Below, one piece after another: positions 48,037 through 58,371 of a stretch of 64,000 bases of DNA. The notes under the pieces were generated by a model. That model saw nothing but the letters and a program-made list of their open reading frames with translations. It did not search any database and was not told where the DNA came from. Location of the stretch: positions 32,001-96,000 of the IMG/VR virus record IMGVR_UViG_3300008108_000039. One strand, written 5' to 3'. Source of the DNA: a virus. The position numbers were made by a program, and so were the translations under genes. Numbering within the stretch: position 1 is the stretch's first letter; every line of letters begins with the position of its first letter.

Positions 48037-51000
48037 TTAAGCTCCTTTAGTTGTTACATCAAATGATATATGAAAATGTTTACCTGTTGCATGTTTTGTA
48101 GGAGTATCATATTCATTTAAATATCTAAATTTGGGCTGCATTTTATTAAATTCTTCTAACACACTAACTACTTTTTTAATATTATCGTTTGTTGCAGGAC
48201 TTATTGTAAAATCAATTGCTTTACCTACTTGGTGATTACTAAACTGTTGTAAATTTTGATGAAATACATCATTACCTCCTGTTATTTCTAATTTAATATC
48301 AGGATATCTTTGTTTAATAGTTTCTAATACAGATCCTGCTATTGCTGCAATTCCTTGTTCTATTTCTCCCCCACTATTTAATTGATTTTTTTTAACAGTA
48401 GCAATATTTCTTTCAGTTACATATTTTTCTAAATTACTAGCATTTGGATTATTAAATCCAGGAGAAAGTGTTTCTGTTGCTGGGTTTAAAGCTGCTGAAA
48501 GTATTGTGTTTAAATTTAAGTCTTCAAATTTAATAGCATTATTATCATTTTGTAATACTATATTTAGCGAATCTATTTTTGTAACCCAATCCCCACCAGA
48601 TATAGTGTGGCTAATAGAAGTAATAGCATTACCTAATTGAACACCAACTTTTTCTCCTCTATATCCTTTGGGTAATACATTTTTAGGTAACCTAAACATA
48701 TGACCTATTACTAAACCTCCAATACCATCCATATCAATAGATAATTTAGTTGGTATCAAATTTCTATTACTACCTGGAGATTGTGTAATTGATTGGAAAT
48801 AAGCTATAACATCTCTTAAACTGTTTTTAGCATTTGAAAATAAAGATGAAAAATTGGGTGTATTTTCTTTATTATTAACTGGTGTGTTATAATTAAGGGA
48901 TTCAAATGCTTTTATTATGTTAGCTAAAGAATTTATTGAAGTATTGTTATTATTAACACTAATATTATCATTAATTAATTTTTCTGGTATTATTCTATCC
49001 GTTATATTTTTATTAAAATCAATCATAGTATTAGTTTGCATACCTAATTGACCTCCTTTTACTTGAGCTCCTATTGCAATTATTGAACTTTGTTCAGGAA
49101 ATATTTGTGATTGTAAACTATAAGATCTTACTACTGATTGTAAGTTGTGTACTTGTAATTCAAATAATTTATTATAAATTGCTTTTTCAGGTTCAGTGTA
49201 ATTAATGTCTATTACCCTTGCTATCTTGTTATCAACAGGATCAACATGAATTTCAAAATTATTAATATTACCTATAGATGCTTGTATATCTCTAATTATG
49301 GTTTTAATATAGTTATATAAATTAATTTCATTTTTTTCTTTTTTGTCTTGAGCTTCAAGATTAATATCTATTGCTTTTTGATAAAGATAATCAACATTAA
49401 CATAAATATTTTTTATAATTCCTATTTCACTATACTTATTATTATAAAAATAATCTTGCTGCAGGTTTTTTAAAAATTGTAAATTAGATATCGCTTTTTC
49501 AGCTCCCTGGATAATAACTGTTTGAGATTCATTATTAATTTCAATTGCTGGTTCCAATTCAAATTTTTCGATTTTATTAGGATCTCTTTGTGGGAAAATT
49601 TTTGCATTTATTGAAACTTTATTTAATTCTTCTACTAGTTTATTACCAAGATTAATATCAGCATTTTTTAATTTTTCATTAAGAACTTCTTGTAAATTTT
49701 CATATTCATTTTCTGTTTTAATTAAACCATTAATGAAATTGTATATATTTCTATTTTTTATTTGAGAAAAACCTCTTATAAGAGAAACTCTATCATAGGA
49801 AGCTCCAAAAAATCCACTTTCACCTTTATATCCTTTTTTAATATCATCAAATGCTTTTTTTGCTGCTTCATAATCAGGATTTCCTTCAGTTACTTTTTTT
49901 ACATCAGTAACTATATTTTGTGCTTTATCATACCATAATGGACTTTTAATTAAACATACTCTAGGGTCTACAGATACTTGTAATGGATGGGCAATGCAAT
50001 ATAAATCTTTTTTACCATCACTGTCATATTCAGTTGAATATGCTGACAGCTCTAATAGTGTTTCTCCATTTGGTGAGAAAGCTATAATATATTTATTAAG
50101 TACATCAAACATACATTCTAATGTAATATAAACTTGATCATTACTATTATATGATAAGTTAGTATCCGCATTAGTACCTTTGGCATATGGTAAATAAAGT
50201 GATACTGCTTTATCTTTAAATATAGAATTATTTGTATATGATAAATTACCAGTTTGTTTAGCTTCTCTTATTTTAAAATAAGCTTCAGCCCATATACCTG
50301 CTATTGTATTATATTTTCCATATTTTTCTAACCAGTAAGATGACTGACTTCCAAATCCAGTAAATTCATTATTTAATTTACCATCTTTTGGCTCCTGAAT
50401 AGCAGTTGCTGGTGTGTAATTTATTTTAAGAGATTCAATTAATTCTCCTGTAGATATAATAGTTGTTGTACAATCATATCCTCCATCTGGTCTAGCTGAC
50501 CATTGGTAGTTTTTAATATAACCAAACATTGCATCATAATTACCAGAATAATCTATTGATTTTTTATATAATTCTTGAAATAATATTGTTCTGCTAGTTG
50601 GAGTTTTATTAATAATATCATAATAATCAATAAAATTAGATTGATAATTACCTTTATTATCTATATAAGGTACCCATCCCCATTCTACTAATACTGTATA
50701 ACCAGGGCGCATATATAATACTTCTAAATCTTCTAGTTGTTGAATATCCCAGCATTGAAAATTTACTGTTATTTCTCTTAATGAACCATAAGCTGATTTA
50801 GATTTAATTTCAGCCGACGTTATTCCAGGCATTGGGCGAATACCTCTTTGATATGGGTTATTAGGAGTATTTCCTATATTACTGTAAGCGCTAGTTTGAA
50901 AATCACCTAATCCTGATTTTAATTTTGCATTTTTTAAATTTGTACTTTGAGAATCTACATTTAAAGTACCTCCTTGCAAAACATATTTTTTAGCTAAATC

Positions 51001-51159
51001 ATTTGAATTATTTACATTAACACTAGAAGACATTCTAATCCAAGCGTTGCGTGAATTAATATATTGTAAAGCTTGAGGAGTTCTACCATATATAGCATCT
51101 TGACGACGCTTTAATTGTTCTTTTACGTGTTCAGCAAATGTACTTTTGAATATTGACAT
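48037..51159 (-). CDS. Baseplate hub/spike protein with C-terminal M15-like metallopeptidase
   Basis: RPMPGI, YMRPGYTVLVEWGW, DGGYDC, MDGIGG..IG..F, SISHTI; C-terminal H..G.AIDF...H.TGKHFH; start moved to MSIFK. Confidence 0.75.
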   Translation of the reverse strand: MSIFKSTFAEHVKEQLKRRQDAIYGRTPQALQYINSRNAWIRMSSSVNVNNSNDLAKKYVLQGGTLNVDSQSTNLKNAKLKSGLGDFQTSAYSNIGNTPNNPYQRGIRPMPGITSAEIKSKSAYGSLREITVNFQCWDIQQLEDLEVLYMRPGYTVLVEWGWVPYIDNKGNYQSNFIDYYDIINKTPTSRTILFQELYKKSIDYSGNYDAMFGYIKNYQWSARPDGGYDCTTTIISTGELIESLKINYTPATAIQEPKDGKLNNEFTGFGSQSSYWLEKYGKYNTIAGIWAEAYFKIREAKQTGNLSYTNNSIFKDKAVSLYLPYAKGTNADTNLSYNSNDQVYITLECMFDVLNKYIIAFSPNGETLLELSAYSTEYDSDGKKDLYCIAHPLQVSVDPRVCLIKSPLWYDKAQNIVTDVKKVTEGNPDYEAAKKAFDDIKKGYKGESGFFGASYDRVSLIRGFSQIKNRNIYNFINGLIKTENEYENLQEVLNEKLKNADINLGNKLVEELNKVSINAKIFPQRDPNKIEKFELEPAIEINNESQTVIIQGAEKAISNLQFLKNLQQDYFYNNKYSEIGIIKNIYVNVDYLYQKAIDINLEAQDKKEKNEINLYNYIKTIIRDIQASIGNINNFEIHVDPVDNKIARVIDINYTEPEKAIYNKLFELQVHNLQSVVRSYSLQSQIFPEQSSIIAIGAQVKGGQLGMQTNTMIDFNKNITDRIIPEKLINDNISVNNNNTSINSLANIIKAFESLNYNTPVNNKENTPNFSSLFSNAKNSLRDVIAYFQSITQSPGSNRNLIPTKLSIDMDGIGGLVIGHMFRLPKNVLPKGYRGEKVGVQLGNAITSISHTISGGDWVTKIDSLNIVLQNDNNAIKFEDLNLNTILSAALNPATETLSPGFNNPNASNLEKYVTERNIATVKKNQLNSGGEIEQGIAAIAGSVLETIKQRYPDIKLEITGGNDVFHQNLQQFSNHQVGKAIDFTISPATNDNIKKVVSVLEEFNKMQPKFRYLNEYDTPTKHATGKHFHISFDVTTKGA

Positions 51160-51166
51160 ATAACAT

Positions 51167-51469
51167 TTATCTAGCTTTATTAAATTCTTCAAATAAATTT
51201 AAAACAAAATTTAAATCCGTTGGTATTCTTAATTGAGTACCAGGTAATGGGATTAAACCATTTGTAGCATTATTATTTGCCACAGATATTATCCACCATA
51301 ATTTAGGGTCATTATAATAAGAATTTGCTAAAGTATCAAATCTATCTCCTACAGTTGTAATAACATACACATCACTTTCCGATAGTGGTATATTAGGATA
51401 ATACTTTTGTTTATAGTAAGGTTTACCCTGATTTGTTTGTAATGTATTTGGGTTATTATAACGTTCCAT
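51167..51469 (-). CDS. LysM-containing baseplate protein
   Basis: GDRFDTLANSYYNDPKLWWIISVAN...GTQLRIP. Confidence 0.85.
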   Translation of the reverse strand: MERYNNPNTLQTNQGKPYYKQKYYPNIPLSESDVYVITTVGDRFDTLANSYYNDPKLWWIISVANNNATNGLIPLPGTQLRIPTDLNFVLNLFEEFNKAR

Positions 51470-53553
51470 TATTTAATGAATTGATAATCATTTATATTTT
51501 GAGCAATATGAGATATTTTTTCTGATTTAGAAGATATTAAATTAACACCTTTAGTTTGTGAACCAATAGGGGTAAATGTCATATTTACTTCTACTATATG
51601 AGGTAAAATTAATTCTTTAGTTCCATTAGGTAATGGTTCATTTATTGCTATTTCCCAAGGTGAATCTTGAGGTATATTATACGACAAACTATTTAAAATT
51701 CCTAATTGCCCATCAATCCAGTTACCAACAGTCATTCTTACTAATGAACCTCTCATTAATATTCCATTTTCTCCACCATAATCTGGCATTAAATTACCCA
51801 TTAAATAATTTAATTTTTGATACATTGGTTCCATTTCATCCGCTGATAAAGCCGCTGCTTTAAAACTAATTTGAATTTTACGACCAAAACCATTATATAT
51901 ATAAAAATCTTCACCTCGTCCTATATACTTAACTGAGTTCCAGGTAGCATCTACGCTATCTGATAATTGTGTTAAATATGCTCTAAATACCATCCATTGA
52001 GCTCCATTAGGATTATCTGTATTTAACGATTGAATTCTAAATTTAACTAGATCATTAATATTTATATCTTTTCCATTTATATTTATTACATCAATGCTAG
52101 TACCAGCTTTAGCTGAAAATATAGGTGTCAGATTTATTAAATCTTTTCTCCCACTACCAACTCTTGTTTCACGATTTTTCAATGACCATGAACCATTAAC
52201 AGTAACTACTTCTCCATATCCATTTTTATAAACTATATTTGAATTAGTAGTATTATATGAATTTAAAGAACTAGAAATTTGATATCCTTCAGTACCTGAT
52301 GTTTTAGTAAATATATTATAATTGTTTATTTGTGTGTTTATTTTTTCACGTAATTTTTGATATGTTACTATTTCACCTTGATCTATTTGAGAAGGTATTA
52401 CTGTTGGATTTCTTAAATCAATATTATTTATTATTGAATTTGCGGTTTCAGCAAAAGTAGAACTAGTTGAAGATAAATATTGATTAGATACTCCTAAAGC
52501 TTTTGCATAATTAATTGATACTACAGGTTTAAAGAAATTTTTAGCATATATCTCTGGTGTTTGATCAACTTGAGAAGGTATATTTGTTGGAGTATTATCA
52601 TTAATATTATTATCAATTATTTTTTTATCATTAATAGGAGTTCTAAGAAATAAACTACCTAAAACAGTTCCTATTCTAGATATAGTGTTAGATTTAAGTT
52701 CAAAATTAGAACCTTTTGCAATATATCTATTTGATACTCCTAAACTACCAGCATAGTTTATTTTTCCTCTTTCTTCTTGAATAGGTAATTTATTAGGCCA
52801 GTTTACATCACCAGTAAAATCATAACGCTTAATAAGCGTATTTCCTATACCATATACTGAACCTGGTCCTCCTATATATCGGTCTATAATTAATTCTTGA
52901 GGATTTCGAGTTGGGATTCTAAATGGAAATCCAAGCAATGCAATAGCATTATTTAAAAAACCAACTAATCTTCTTGCTTTAGATGGTGGACGTTCATTTC
53001 CTATTAGTTTACTTTTTAATCCAACTAATCTATTATTTTTACTGTTTTGATTATTTGCTTGAGCTACAGCTAAATACTTAGTGCTATCATCTTGAATAGG
53101 TAATAAACCATGTCTATCAAAATGTTGTCCTAAAGCAGTAACAGGAACTTGTGCTAATGTATTTACACCTAAATTATAAATGCGAGTAGGTTGTAATAAA
53201 CCATTTGTTAAGGGACCTATATCACCTGTTAATAAAGTGCTTATAAAACCATTACCACCTTTTTTAGTTTCTAATCGAGGATTAGTTAACTGCATTCCCA
53301 CTTGTCTAGCTATAAACAATGGGCCTTTAGGTGCATCTTTAAAAAATTTAGAAATGCGTATTTTATCTGTTTTAGAAGCTTCTAAAGCTCCTTTAAATCC
53401 ACCTCTAACAAAAGTATCATCAAAAGGTACAGTAGCATTTGTTGTTGTAGGTATATCTTTTTGAATATAGGGTTGTCCACTAGACCCACCACCAGGTCTG
53501 TCACCACCATATTTAAGTGATTTAAGATTTGTTTTAAGGTCAAGTAATGGCAT
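51469..53553 (-). CDS. Baseplate/tube-initiator-like protein
   Basis: C-terminal FRAYL..SD...W....YIGRGE..Y.Y....R.I, YQKLNYL, TVGNW, PWEI, LPH. Confidence 0.7.
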   Translation of the reverse strand: MPLLDLKTNLKSLKYGGDRPGGGSSGQPYIQKDIPTTTNATVPFDDTFVRGGFKGALEASKTDKIRISKFFKDAPKGPLFIARQVGMQLTNPRLETKKGGNGFISTLLTGDIGPLTNGLLQPTRIYNLGVNTLAQVPVTALGQHFDRHGLLPIQDDSTKYLAVAQANNQNSKNNRLVGLKSKLIGNERPPSKARRLVGFLNNAIALLGFPFRIPTRNPQELIIDRYIGGPGSVYGIGNTLIKRYDFTGDVNWPNKLPIQEERGKINYAGSLGVSNRYIAKGSNFELKSNTISRIGTVLGSLFLRTPINDKKIIDNNINDNTPTNIPSQVDQTPEIYAKNFFKPVVSINYAKALGVSNQYLSSTSSTFAETANSIINNIDLRNPTVIPSQIDQGEIVTYQKLREKINTQINNYNIFTKTSGTEGYQISSSLNSYNTTNSNIVYKNGYGEVVTVNGSWSLKNRETRVGSGRKDLINLTPIFSAKAGTSIDVININGKDININDLVKFRIQSLNTDNPNGAQWMVFRAYLTQLSDSVDATWNSVKYIGRGEDFYIYNGFGRKIQISFKAAALSADEMEPMYQKLNYLMGNLMPDYGGENGILMRGSLVRMTVGNWIDGQLGILNSLSYNIPQDSPWEIAINEPLPNGTKELILPHIVEVNMTFTPIGSQTKGVNLISSKSEKISHIAQNINDYQFIK

Positions 53554-53558
53554 GGTGC

Positions 53559-53798
53559 TTACTTACCATATTTTTTATTAGGTCCGTATTTATCTTTGCT
53601 ATCGTTAATATCTAAACGTGACGGAGTAGGTTTAGTATCTTCACCACTAATTTTTCTCCATTTAATTTTAGGAGTACCTGTTGTAGAGTATGTAAGATGC
53701 AGTGAATCCGGTGGAACAGGATCAACACCAAATCGTGCTGGTTTTTCACCTTTTAAACCTAAAAGACTAGATTTTATTTTACTTAATAATTGAGACAT
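53559..53798 (-). CDS. Hypothetical virion protein
   Basis: 79 aa; SLH..YS..G.P...PSRLD; promoter motif upstream. Confidence 0.55.
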   Translation of the reverse strand: MSQLLSKIKSSLLGLKGEKPARFGVDPVPPDSLHLTYSTTGTPKIKWRKISGEDTKPTPSRLDINDSKDKYGPNKKYGK

Positions 53799-53830
53799 AG
53801 TATTAATATTTTGGTATAAATATTTGAGTA

Positions 53831-55918
53831 TTAGGCTAGTTTGTATGAATTTTGCACTAATGTTGATCCTACCTTATTGCTATCCATTTTAATGGATGTA
53901 TCTTTATTATATAGTCTATCTACGGATGCTTTAACTTCTTTTATAGCATTTATCATTGGTGTTAAATCTGTTCCTAACATTCCTGCAGCTCTTGGGGAAC
54001 TTAATGGAATAATAGCTTCAGGACCGGCTTCACCAATAGTAGCATTATTTATTTCACTTGTAACAATACCACCTGATGCAAATTCTTTTTGTTTTTTATT
54101 ACCCATCAGCGTTTCTACACCTAATATAATACCACCTAATGCAGCTAAACTTAATAAACCTTTAATTGGGTTCATAAAAGTCATAATTCCAATAACTGTA
54201 AATAATATTCCTTTTAATATTGATCCAAAAGTATTTGCTGGGCCTAATATTCCGTTAATAGCATCACCTATTAATCTAAATGGAGCCCCAATTAATGTTA
54301 CAACTTGTAAAGCATCTGATAGTAAACTTAGCATTAACCCTAACGGACCTGCTACTAAGTTACCTAATAAATCTTTTAATTTATCTACGGCATTATTAAA
54401 TTTTTCTTGAGATGTTAATTGCTCCATTCTTTGAAGTGCTTCTTTACCACCAAGTGCTAATATTTCCTCTCTTGACTTATTTAAATATTGTTGTTTAAAT
54501 AATTGATCTGATAAAGCATCAGCTGATAATCCTAAAGCTTCAGCTAATGATTTTTGAGCAATAACATTCATTTCAGAGAATGTATTAAAATCAACTGCTT
54601 GTGCTGATAATTCTTCGGCAACTGCTTTTTGATCACCCATTAAAGCAGCCATTCTTGCTCTTTCTAAATTTATTTGTTTACCTGTAATTAATTCTGCTTT
54701 AAGTTCATTCTCAATTGATGATTCAAAATTAAGTAATGATTCAGCTTGAGATTTTGTTTGTTCAAGAGTAGTACCTAGAGCCTGTGTTTTAGCTATTGCT
54801 TCAGCTATAGCAGCAGGATTAGCTTTAAAATTTGCTAATAATTGTCCTGATACTTTACCTGTTTGTTCTAATATTTTTCTATTATCTAAACGTAGTTTAG
54901 TTTCTTGTTTTACTTTTTCAATAGCACCAACAGTATTAATTGTAATTTGTCTTGCATTTTTACCTGTTGCTAAAGTAATTTTAGATAAACCAATAGCTGC
55001 TTCTTCACTAATTTTAACTTTTTGAGTTAAATTAATAAATTCCTGATTAATACCTTGAGAAAGTATTCTTGTAACCCCTAAAGCATCACTTAATTTAGAT
55101 TGAGCTTCTAAAAGTTTAGTTGTTGAAATAGCAGTGTCATTTATAGCTCTACTTTGTTCAACAAATTGTTCTCTTATTAAAAATGCTTCACCTCTAGTTA
55201 TTACTAATGATCTATTAAGGGCAATAATTTGCTTTTCAGCCTCTACCATTTTAGATACTATAAAAGCTAAAATAGTAAGAGGATCTACTAGTCCTTTTAC
55301 TAAACTTTTTCCTAATGAATTTAATCCGGCTTTTAAAGTTGTAAATCTATTTGCTCCTTGTTTAGCAGCTGCTTCTTGAATATTTTCTAAAACTTTTTCA
55401 CTGTCTATTAATCCTCCTAATATAGGTATTTTATTTAGACCTTTTACTATACTGCCTAAATTACCCATTGCTTTTTTTATTTCTTCAGCTTTTTTTCTTT
55501 GCTCTTCTAATTTATTTAATCCTTCATCTATTTCTGCATTTAGATTATTTTGTAATTTTTCCTTTTCACCTAAAGTTATTAATTCATTTTGTAAAGCATT
55601 TTGTAAATCAATTTGTATTAATTTTTGTTTATTTTTTAAATTTTCTATTTGTTTATTAATATCTTTAGAAGTAAGTTGACCTTTATTTAATTTATTTTGA
55701 TTTTCCAAAATTTGTCCACTACTTTTTCCTAAGTTGTTTATAGATGATGTTAAATCAAATTTTATTTTTTTAGTTAATTGTTTAGTAGTAGCATCAGCAT
55801 CTATTAAATTCCTATTTAAATTAGCTCTAAGATTAGCTCCTAAACTATCAAAAGCATCTTTTAATGCTGCTACTGATTCTTGTGTTTCTTGTAATATTTC
55901 TTCTGGTGTTTTAGCCAT
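53831..55918 (-). CDS. Tail tape measure protein
   Basis: Helical, Ala/Leu/Gln-rich with hydrophobic stretch; C-terminal ASGGIV...IGEAGPEAIIPL; follows the chaperone pair. Confidence 0.85.
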   Translation of the reverse strand: MAKTPEEILQETQESVAALKDAFDSLGANLRANLNRNLIDADATTKQLTKKIKFDLTSSINNLGKSSGQILENQNKLNKGQLTSKDINKQIENLKNKQKLIQIDLQNALQNELITLGEKEKLQNNLNAEIDEGLNKLEEQRKKAEEIKKAMGNLGSIVKGLNKIPILGGLIDSEKVLENIQEAAAKQGANRFTTLKAGLNSLGKSLVKGLVDPLTILAFIVSKMVEAEKQIIALNRSLVITRGEAFLIREQFVEQSRAINDTAISTTKLLEAQSKLSDALGVTRILSQGINQEFINLTQKVKISEEAAIGLSKITLATGKNARQITINTVGAIEKVKQETKLRLDNRKILEQTGKVSGQLLANFKANPAAIAEAIAKTQALGTTLEQTKSQAESLLNFESSIENELKAELITGKQINLERARMAALMGDQKAVAEELSAQAVDFNTFSEMNVIAQKSLAEALGLSADALSDQLFKQQYLNKSREEILALGGKEALQRMEQLTSQEKFNNAVDKLKDLLGNLVAGPLGLMLSLLSDALQVVTLIGAPFRLIGDAINGILGPANTFGSILKGILFTVIGIMTFMNPIKGLLSLAALGGIILGVETLMGNKKQKEFASGGIVTSEINNATIGEAGPEAIIPLSSPRAAGMLGTDLTPMINAIKEVKASVDRLYNKDTSIKMDSNKVGSTLVQNSYKLA

Positions 55919-55959
55919 AATATATTATTGTTGTTCCGTATAAATATTAAAAGAAACGC

Positions 55960-56250
55960 CTACTTTCGTGGCGCTTTTGTTGTATATGTTGGTTGTTTTG
56001 GGTTAATAGCAGGACCTTTAGCATTAGTTTGACCTTTATTTTTCAACATATTTTGTTGTTTTTCGGTTTCTTCCTTTTGTTTTTCATAATACTCACGTAT
56101 TGTTTCAAAAGTAAAACGACGCAACCATATAGGCATATTGTAAACCGTTGCCCAATCATAACCGCCTTGACCATGAAAAACTATTTCATGGATTGTTTTA
56201 AATAATGCTAATCTATACTCCCGAGTCAGGCCAAAAAAAGTTAAGTCCAA
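55960..56250 (-). CDS. Tail assembly chaperone, frameshift (GT-like) part
   Basis: Only a weak TTG start; overlaps the upstream gene across a T7 run; YNMPIWLRRF motif. Confidence 0.7.
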   Translation of the reverse strand: MDLTFFGLTREYRLALFKTIHEIVFHGQGGYDWATVYNMPIWLRRFTFETIREYYEKQKEETEKQQNMLKNKGQTNAKGPAINPKQPTYTTKAPRK

Positions 56251-56953
56251 TATTAAATTCTACGCCCTCCCCAACGTAGTCTGGATCACTAGGAGTAAAT
56301 TTCATTTCTATATCAGGCGATACTTCTGAATAATATTGACGAAGAGCTCTTGCGTCGGGTGCTAATAAAGCTGTGTCTACAAACTCACGAACTGATTTAG
56401 CTTCGCGGTTACCATTAATAGAGGTAATAATATATTTTAAACGAGTTGTAACTTCAGTTGTGGCGTTTGGATTTACTTTTTTTAATCCTTTAATTTCGGC
56501 TTCGATTTTTTGTTCATCACCGTGTGTTAGCAGTTTAAAAGTAACTACATTTCCTGTTTTAGGTAAAGTAAAAGTAAATTCATTACCATTTTTATACAAG
56601 GATTCGTTAAGTTCTTTTTCTTTTAGTTGTGATAAATCAATGGTTTCTTGTTTACCACTATATTCAATAACATAATCTTTACCATAACCTAAAACGCGTG
56701 CTGCAATTAAAATTGCATTTTTATCACCAACTAATAATTCATTATAATCAATTGATGTTACAATCATTGATTGTAGTAATTTATCAATTACTGTTCCGTT
56801 TTTAATATAATTGACATTAGTAAGAATATCTTCTTCCTTAGCTGTCATATATTTTAATTCTACTTCACCTTTAGAAAGTGGTGATTCTTTTGGGTACAAT
56901 AAACCTTTTGAAGGTAATGTAACTGTTTCGGTTGGAATTTTAAATTCAGACAT
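56213..56953 (-). CDS. Tail/baseplate assembly chaperone (T4 gp26-like)
   Basis: LPSKG..Y, MTAKEEDIL, GDKNAILIAAR..GYG, FKLLT..DE, FFWP. Confidence 0.8.
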   Translation of the reverse strand: MSEFKIPTETVTLPSKGLLYPKESPLSKGEVELKYMTAKEEDILTNVNYIKNGTVIDKLLQSMIVTSIDYNELLVGDKNAILIAARVLGYGKDYVIEYSGKQETIDLSQLKEKELNESLYKNGNEFTFTLPKTGNVVTFKLLTHGDEQKIEAEIKGLKKVNPNATTEVTTRLKYIITSINGNREAKSVREFVDTALLAPDARALRQYYSEVSPDIEMKFTPSDPDYVGEGVEFNIGLNFFWPDSGV

Positions 56954-56991
56954 ATAACATTTTAATTTGTGTATATAAATATATGCAAAAA

Positions 56992-57747
56992 CTATTTTTT
57001 AACCAAATCTAATAATATTTGCTTAACATATTTAATATTATTATTAATATCATCTTCCCAAAAACGTAGCAATGTATAGCCATTATCTAATGCCCATTGT
57101 GATTTAATAGAGTCTTTAATTAAATTACGTTTTTGTGTTTCATATTTAGGAATATTATGTTTACTATTCGGGTTACAATGCCAAAAATCACCATCTACCT
57201 CAATAATAATATTATGTTTTGGTAAATAAAAATCATAAAATGCTTTAATATCTTTAGCGTAAAAGAATTGCTGATATTCTATATCTAATAAATCTAATAT
57301 ATTAGCAAATGTTTTTTCTAATTTAGATGTGTGATTATGATCAGTTATAAGTACACGTTGAATTGCTGTTTCGCTCATTTTATCTTTAGTAGCCTGGCTG
57401 TGTACTCTACCAACTCCAAATCCATCAGCTTTGGGACGAGATATACCTTTACCACCTTTACTAATTTTTTGTTTGATCTCTTCAGATCGATTCTGTGATA
57501 CTTTGTCTAATATGTGATTATATTCACCTGAAGCGAACTTGGCTTTACGGGTACTTATAATAGCATTTACACGTTTTTCAGATTTGGGGTCACCAAAGTG
57601 ACCAGCTACACGGGATTGATGTCCACTTATCCATTTACAATAATCTTTTAATTTTGCTTCATAACGTGTTTGTTGACCACACCCACATTGGCATGTTGGG
57701 TGGATACCATTGTATTTGTCTTGTATTATTTTATCCTTTTTAAGCAT
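56992..57747 (-). mobile_element. Vsr/DUF559-like (PD-(D/E)XK) homing endonuclease with NUMOD3-like motifs
   Basis: CQCGCG, HSQATKDKMS, SKLE, YDFY, IEVDGDFWH, D..K, GYTLLRFWE. Confidence 0.8.
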
Positions 57748-57752
57748 AAAGA

Positions 57753-57788
57753 AACCCTCTTGTATACTGATAAATATACGAGAGGGTT
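57753..57788 (-). promoter_or_regulatory. Hairpin (terminator/RBS-occluding) containing the promoter motif (Vsr-like endonuclease gene)
   Basis: AACCCUCU-C-GUAUA-loop-UAUAC-A-AGAGGGUU then UCUUU AUG. Confidence 0.7.
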
Positions 57789-57836
57789 AAAAAATATGCT
57801 TTGGACGATATTGTTTTTAATTGAGTATAAAGCGCA

Positions 57837-58322
57837 TCAAAAATTTAATACACAATAATCCATAGCGATTGTTACTGATAAATTAATTGCGGCATCACTT
57901 GCCCAATCATAATCACCAAAAGTAGCTGTTTTTACATAAGCTCCTTTAACAATCCACTCACCTACTACATCACCTACAGGACCTAAAATATCTAATGTTA
58001 AATCTTTTTTATAAAAATCAGAATAACCATCACGACCTGTTATTGATTCGTGTGCTAAACGAGCCCACTCCATTACAGCTTGAGCTCCAGATGGAGTTAC
58101 AGGATCATATAATTCTAAAGTCATATCATTCCATCTTACTTTACCTTTTACTTTACGGTAAACATTGATGTGGTCTAAAATAATTTCACCAGCTTCAAAT
58201 CCAGGAGCAGATGCTTTTTTAATCAAATATGCAGGAATACCATCTACATACATGATAAAGCGGTTTTGAACTTTTGGTTCAAAAGCGGTAAACATTATTT
58301 CATTTGCGTCTAATACAGGCAT
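57837..58322 (-). CDS. Tail tube protein (gp19-like)
   Basis: FEPKVQNRF, KGKVRW, LYDP, EWARL, YKKD, EW.VKGA. Confidence 0.9.
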   Translation of the reverse strand: MPVLDANEIMFTAFEPKVQNRFIMYVDGIPAYLIKKASAPGFEAGEIILDHINVYRKVKGKVRWNDMTLELYDPVTPSGAQAVMEWARLAHESITGRDGYSDFYKKDLTLDILGPVGDVVGEWIVKGAYVKTATFGDYDWASDAAINLSVTIAMDYCVLNF

Positions 58323-58371
58323 TTTATTTTATTTTTTATTGCTATCAATAAATATTAGCAACTACACCCCC

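Noticed and set aside
58334-58362. Hairpin around the tail-tube promoter (TTGCTA...TAGCAA) as another start-sequestering element
   Set aside because: Stem is short and does not include the start codon; more likely a weak terminator or chance
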